64,000 nt of DNA, taken from an uncultured Methanomicrobiales archaeon. GTDB taxonomy: Archaea; Halobacteriota; Methanomicrobia; Methanomicrobiales; Methanospirillaceae. The first letter of the stretch is position 1; each line of letters begins with the position of its first letter. Made by a program: the position numbers and the translations under genes. The stretch spans positions 32,001 through 96,000 of the forward strand of contig CAVWXH010000007.1 in NCBI GenBank assembly GCA_963758915.1, in the 5' to 3' direction. The notes under the pieces were generated by a model. It was given only the letters and a program-made list of their open reading frames with translations. It was not told the origin of the DNA and did not search any database. Shown here piece by piece: positions 63,014-64,000 of this stretch.

Positions 63014-64000
63014 GTATACCTCTCCAACCCCGGGATGTGGATATCTTTCCTGCCGGAGACCCGGACCATATCGGGTGTAATTACCCTGTTCCCGACATGC
63101 ACTGCTTCCCCCTTCATAAGCAGGCCAAACAAAGGACCCGTTGGAACACCGAGTTCGCGCGCCTTCCCGGGGTCCAATTTCTTTTTAAGGATTATCAGGT
63201 GATCGCCCTCAATTTCAGTCTCTTCGTTAATAATAATGATTGATACGCATAAGGTTATTAAATCATGTAGTTTTGTTTCCTTCTGGTCCTGCCCAGTGAT
63301 GAATACCGGGAGGACGGGCGATTTTTTTGTTGAGAGGTGAGTTACCGGAATTTTCCGTAGCTCTTCAAGGAACCCAGATCCGCCTGCAGAAAGGGCCGCC
63401 GCGAGGAGCACCGGGCTGATCTCAATGGGGACCGGCTCCTCAACTGACTGGACCGAGTGGACATGGACCATTGCATGAGGGTCTATTGACAGAGCCAGTG
63501 ACCTGATCCGTAGATAATCTTCCCATGCGAGTGTCCCGATACCGGTAAGGTCATGCTCAGCGAGCCTGATAAGGCCGGCTTCCTCCACCAGCCCCTCTAT
63601 CCGGAACAGGCTTTGCCTGTCCAGGGCTTTCCTGTCTATGTATGCCGCCACCGCATTGCTTTGTGCTGCCATCAGGCTGACCATTTCCTTCGTTATCGTC
63701 CCTATCTCCCGCGTATGTGCAATGTGACCAAACGCCCCCTGTGTTGAAAGGGCTATTTCAGTCTGTCGCCGGGCATAATGTGTCCCGCCAAACCCGATGA
63801 GAGGGATCGCCGGCCCGGGTTCCGCGAGGAGCACGCTCTCGGCAACCGCCAGGCCTGCCTTTTCATCAGACCATTCCTTTTCTGTGCTCCCGATTTCGAC
63901 AAAAAATGACGGGTGACTAAGTTCGGTAGGTCCATGATGCGTCACTTCGTAACAGGCACCATACCCCGGTGGTGCACGCTCTTTTAAGTTCATGAGCACC
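63010..64000 (-). CDS. dtdA: D-aminoacyl-tRNA deacylase (DTD2/DtdA), 5'-truncated by window edge
   Basis: [25 protein letters not shown]; conserved position upstream of ftsZ. Confidence 0.9.
   Translation of the reverse strand, partial: VLMNLKERAPPGYGACYEVTHHGPTELSHPSFFVEIGSTEKEWSDEKAGLAVAESVLLAEPGPAIPLIGFGGTHYARRQTEIALSTQGAFGHIAHTREIGTITKEMVSLMAAQSNAVAAYIDRKALDRQSLFRIEGLVEEAGLIRLAEHDLTGIGTLAWEDYLRIRSLALSIDPHAMVHVHSVQSVEEPVPIEISPVLLAAALSAGGSGFLEELRKIPVTHLSTKKSPVLPVFITGQDQKETKLHDLITLCVSIIIINEETEIEGDHLIILKKKLDPGKARELGVPTGPLFGLLMKGEAVHVGNRVITPDMVRVSGRKDIHIPGLERYT

Overview
Archaeal chromosomal window from a hydrogenotrophic methanogen, most likely Methanomicrobiales (Methanoregula/Methanolinea-like; an inference from gene content). 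Supporting genes are methanogenesis markers 2, 4 (MtxX) and 14, an archaeal histone, an archaellin, archaeal MAT-hisG-hisA-hisB, the RFC large subunit and the conserved dtdA-ftsZ-secE-spt5-rpl11-rpl1-rpl10-rpl12 block. The left ~36 kb is accessory (transporters, redox proteins, surface proteins, nucleases). Most notable: (i) a receptor-like diadenylate cyclase with signal peptide, two PKD domains, a TM helix and a DAC domain; (ii) a PAPS-reductase-family/SufS fusion whose SufS half has lost the PLP lysine; (iii) a dispersed ~85-bp hairpin repeat in three copies, two of them followed at the same nucleotide by different MITE-like elements with IS903-like ends; (iv) a ~10.4-kb Asn-rich beta-helix surface-protein gene; (v) a STAS domain fused to an unrecognised domain. 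Several single-base frameshifts, mostly in homopolymers and one in essential spt5, suggest sequencing/consensus indel errors rather than pseudogenes. I recognised no tRNA, rRNA or CRISPR array. All family assignments come from motif recognition by eye, not database searches.
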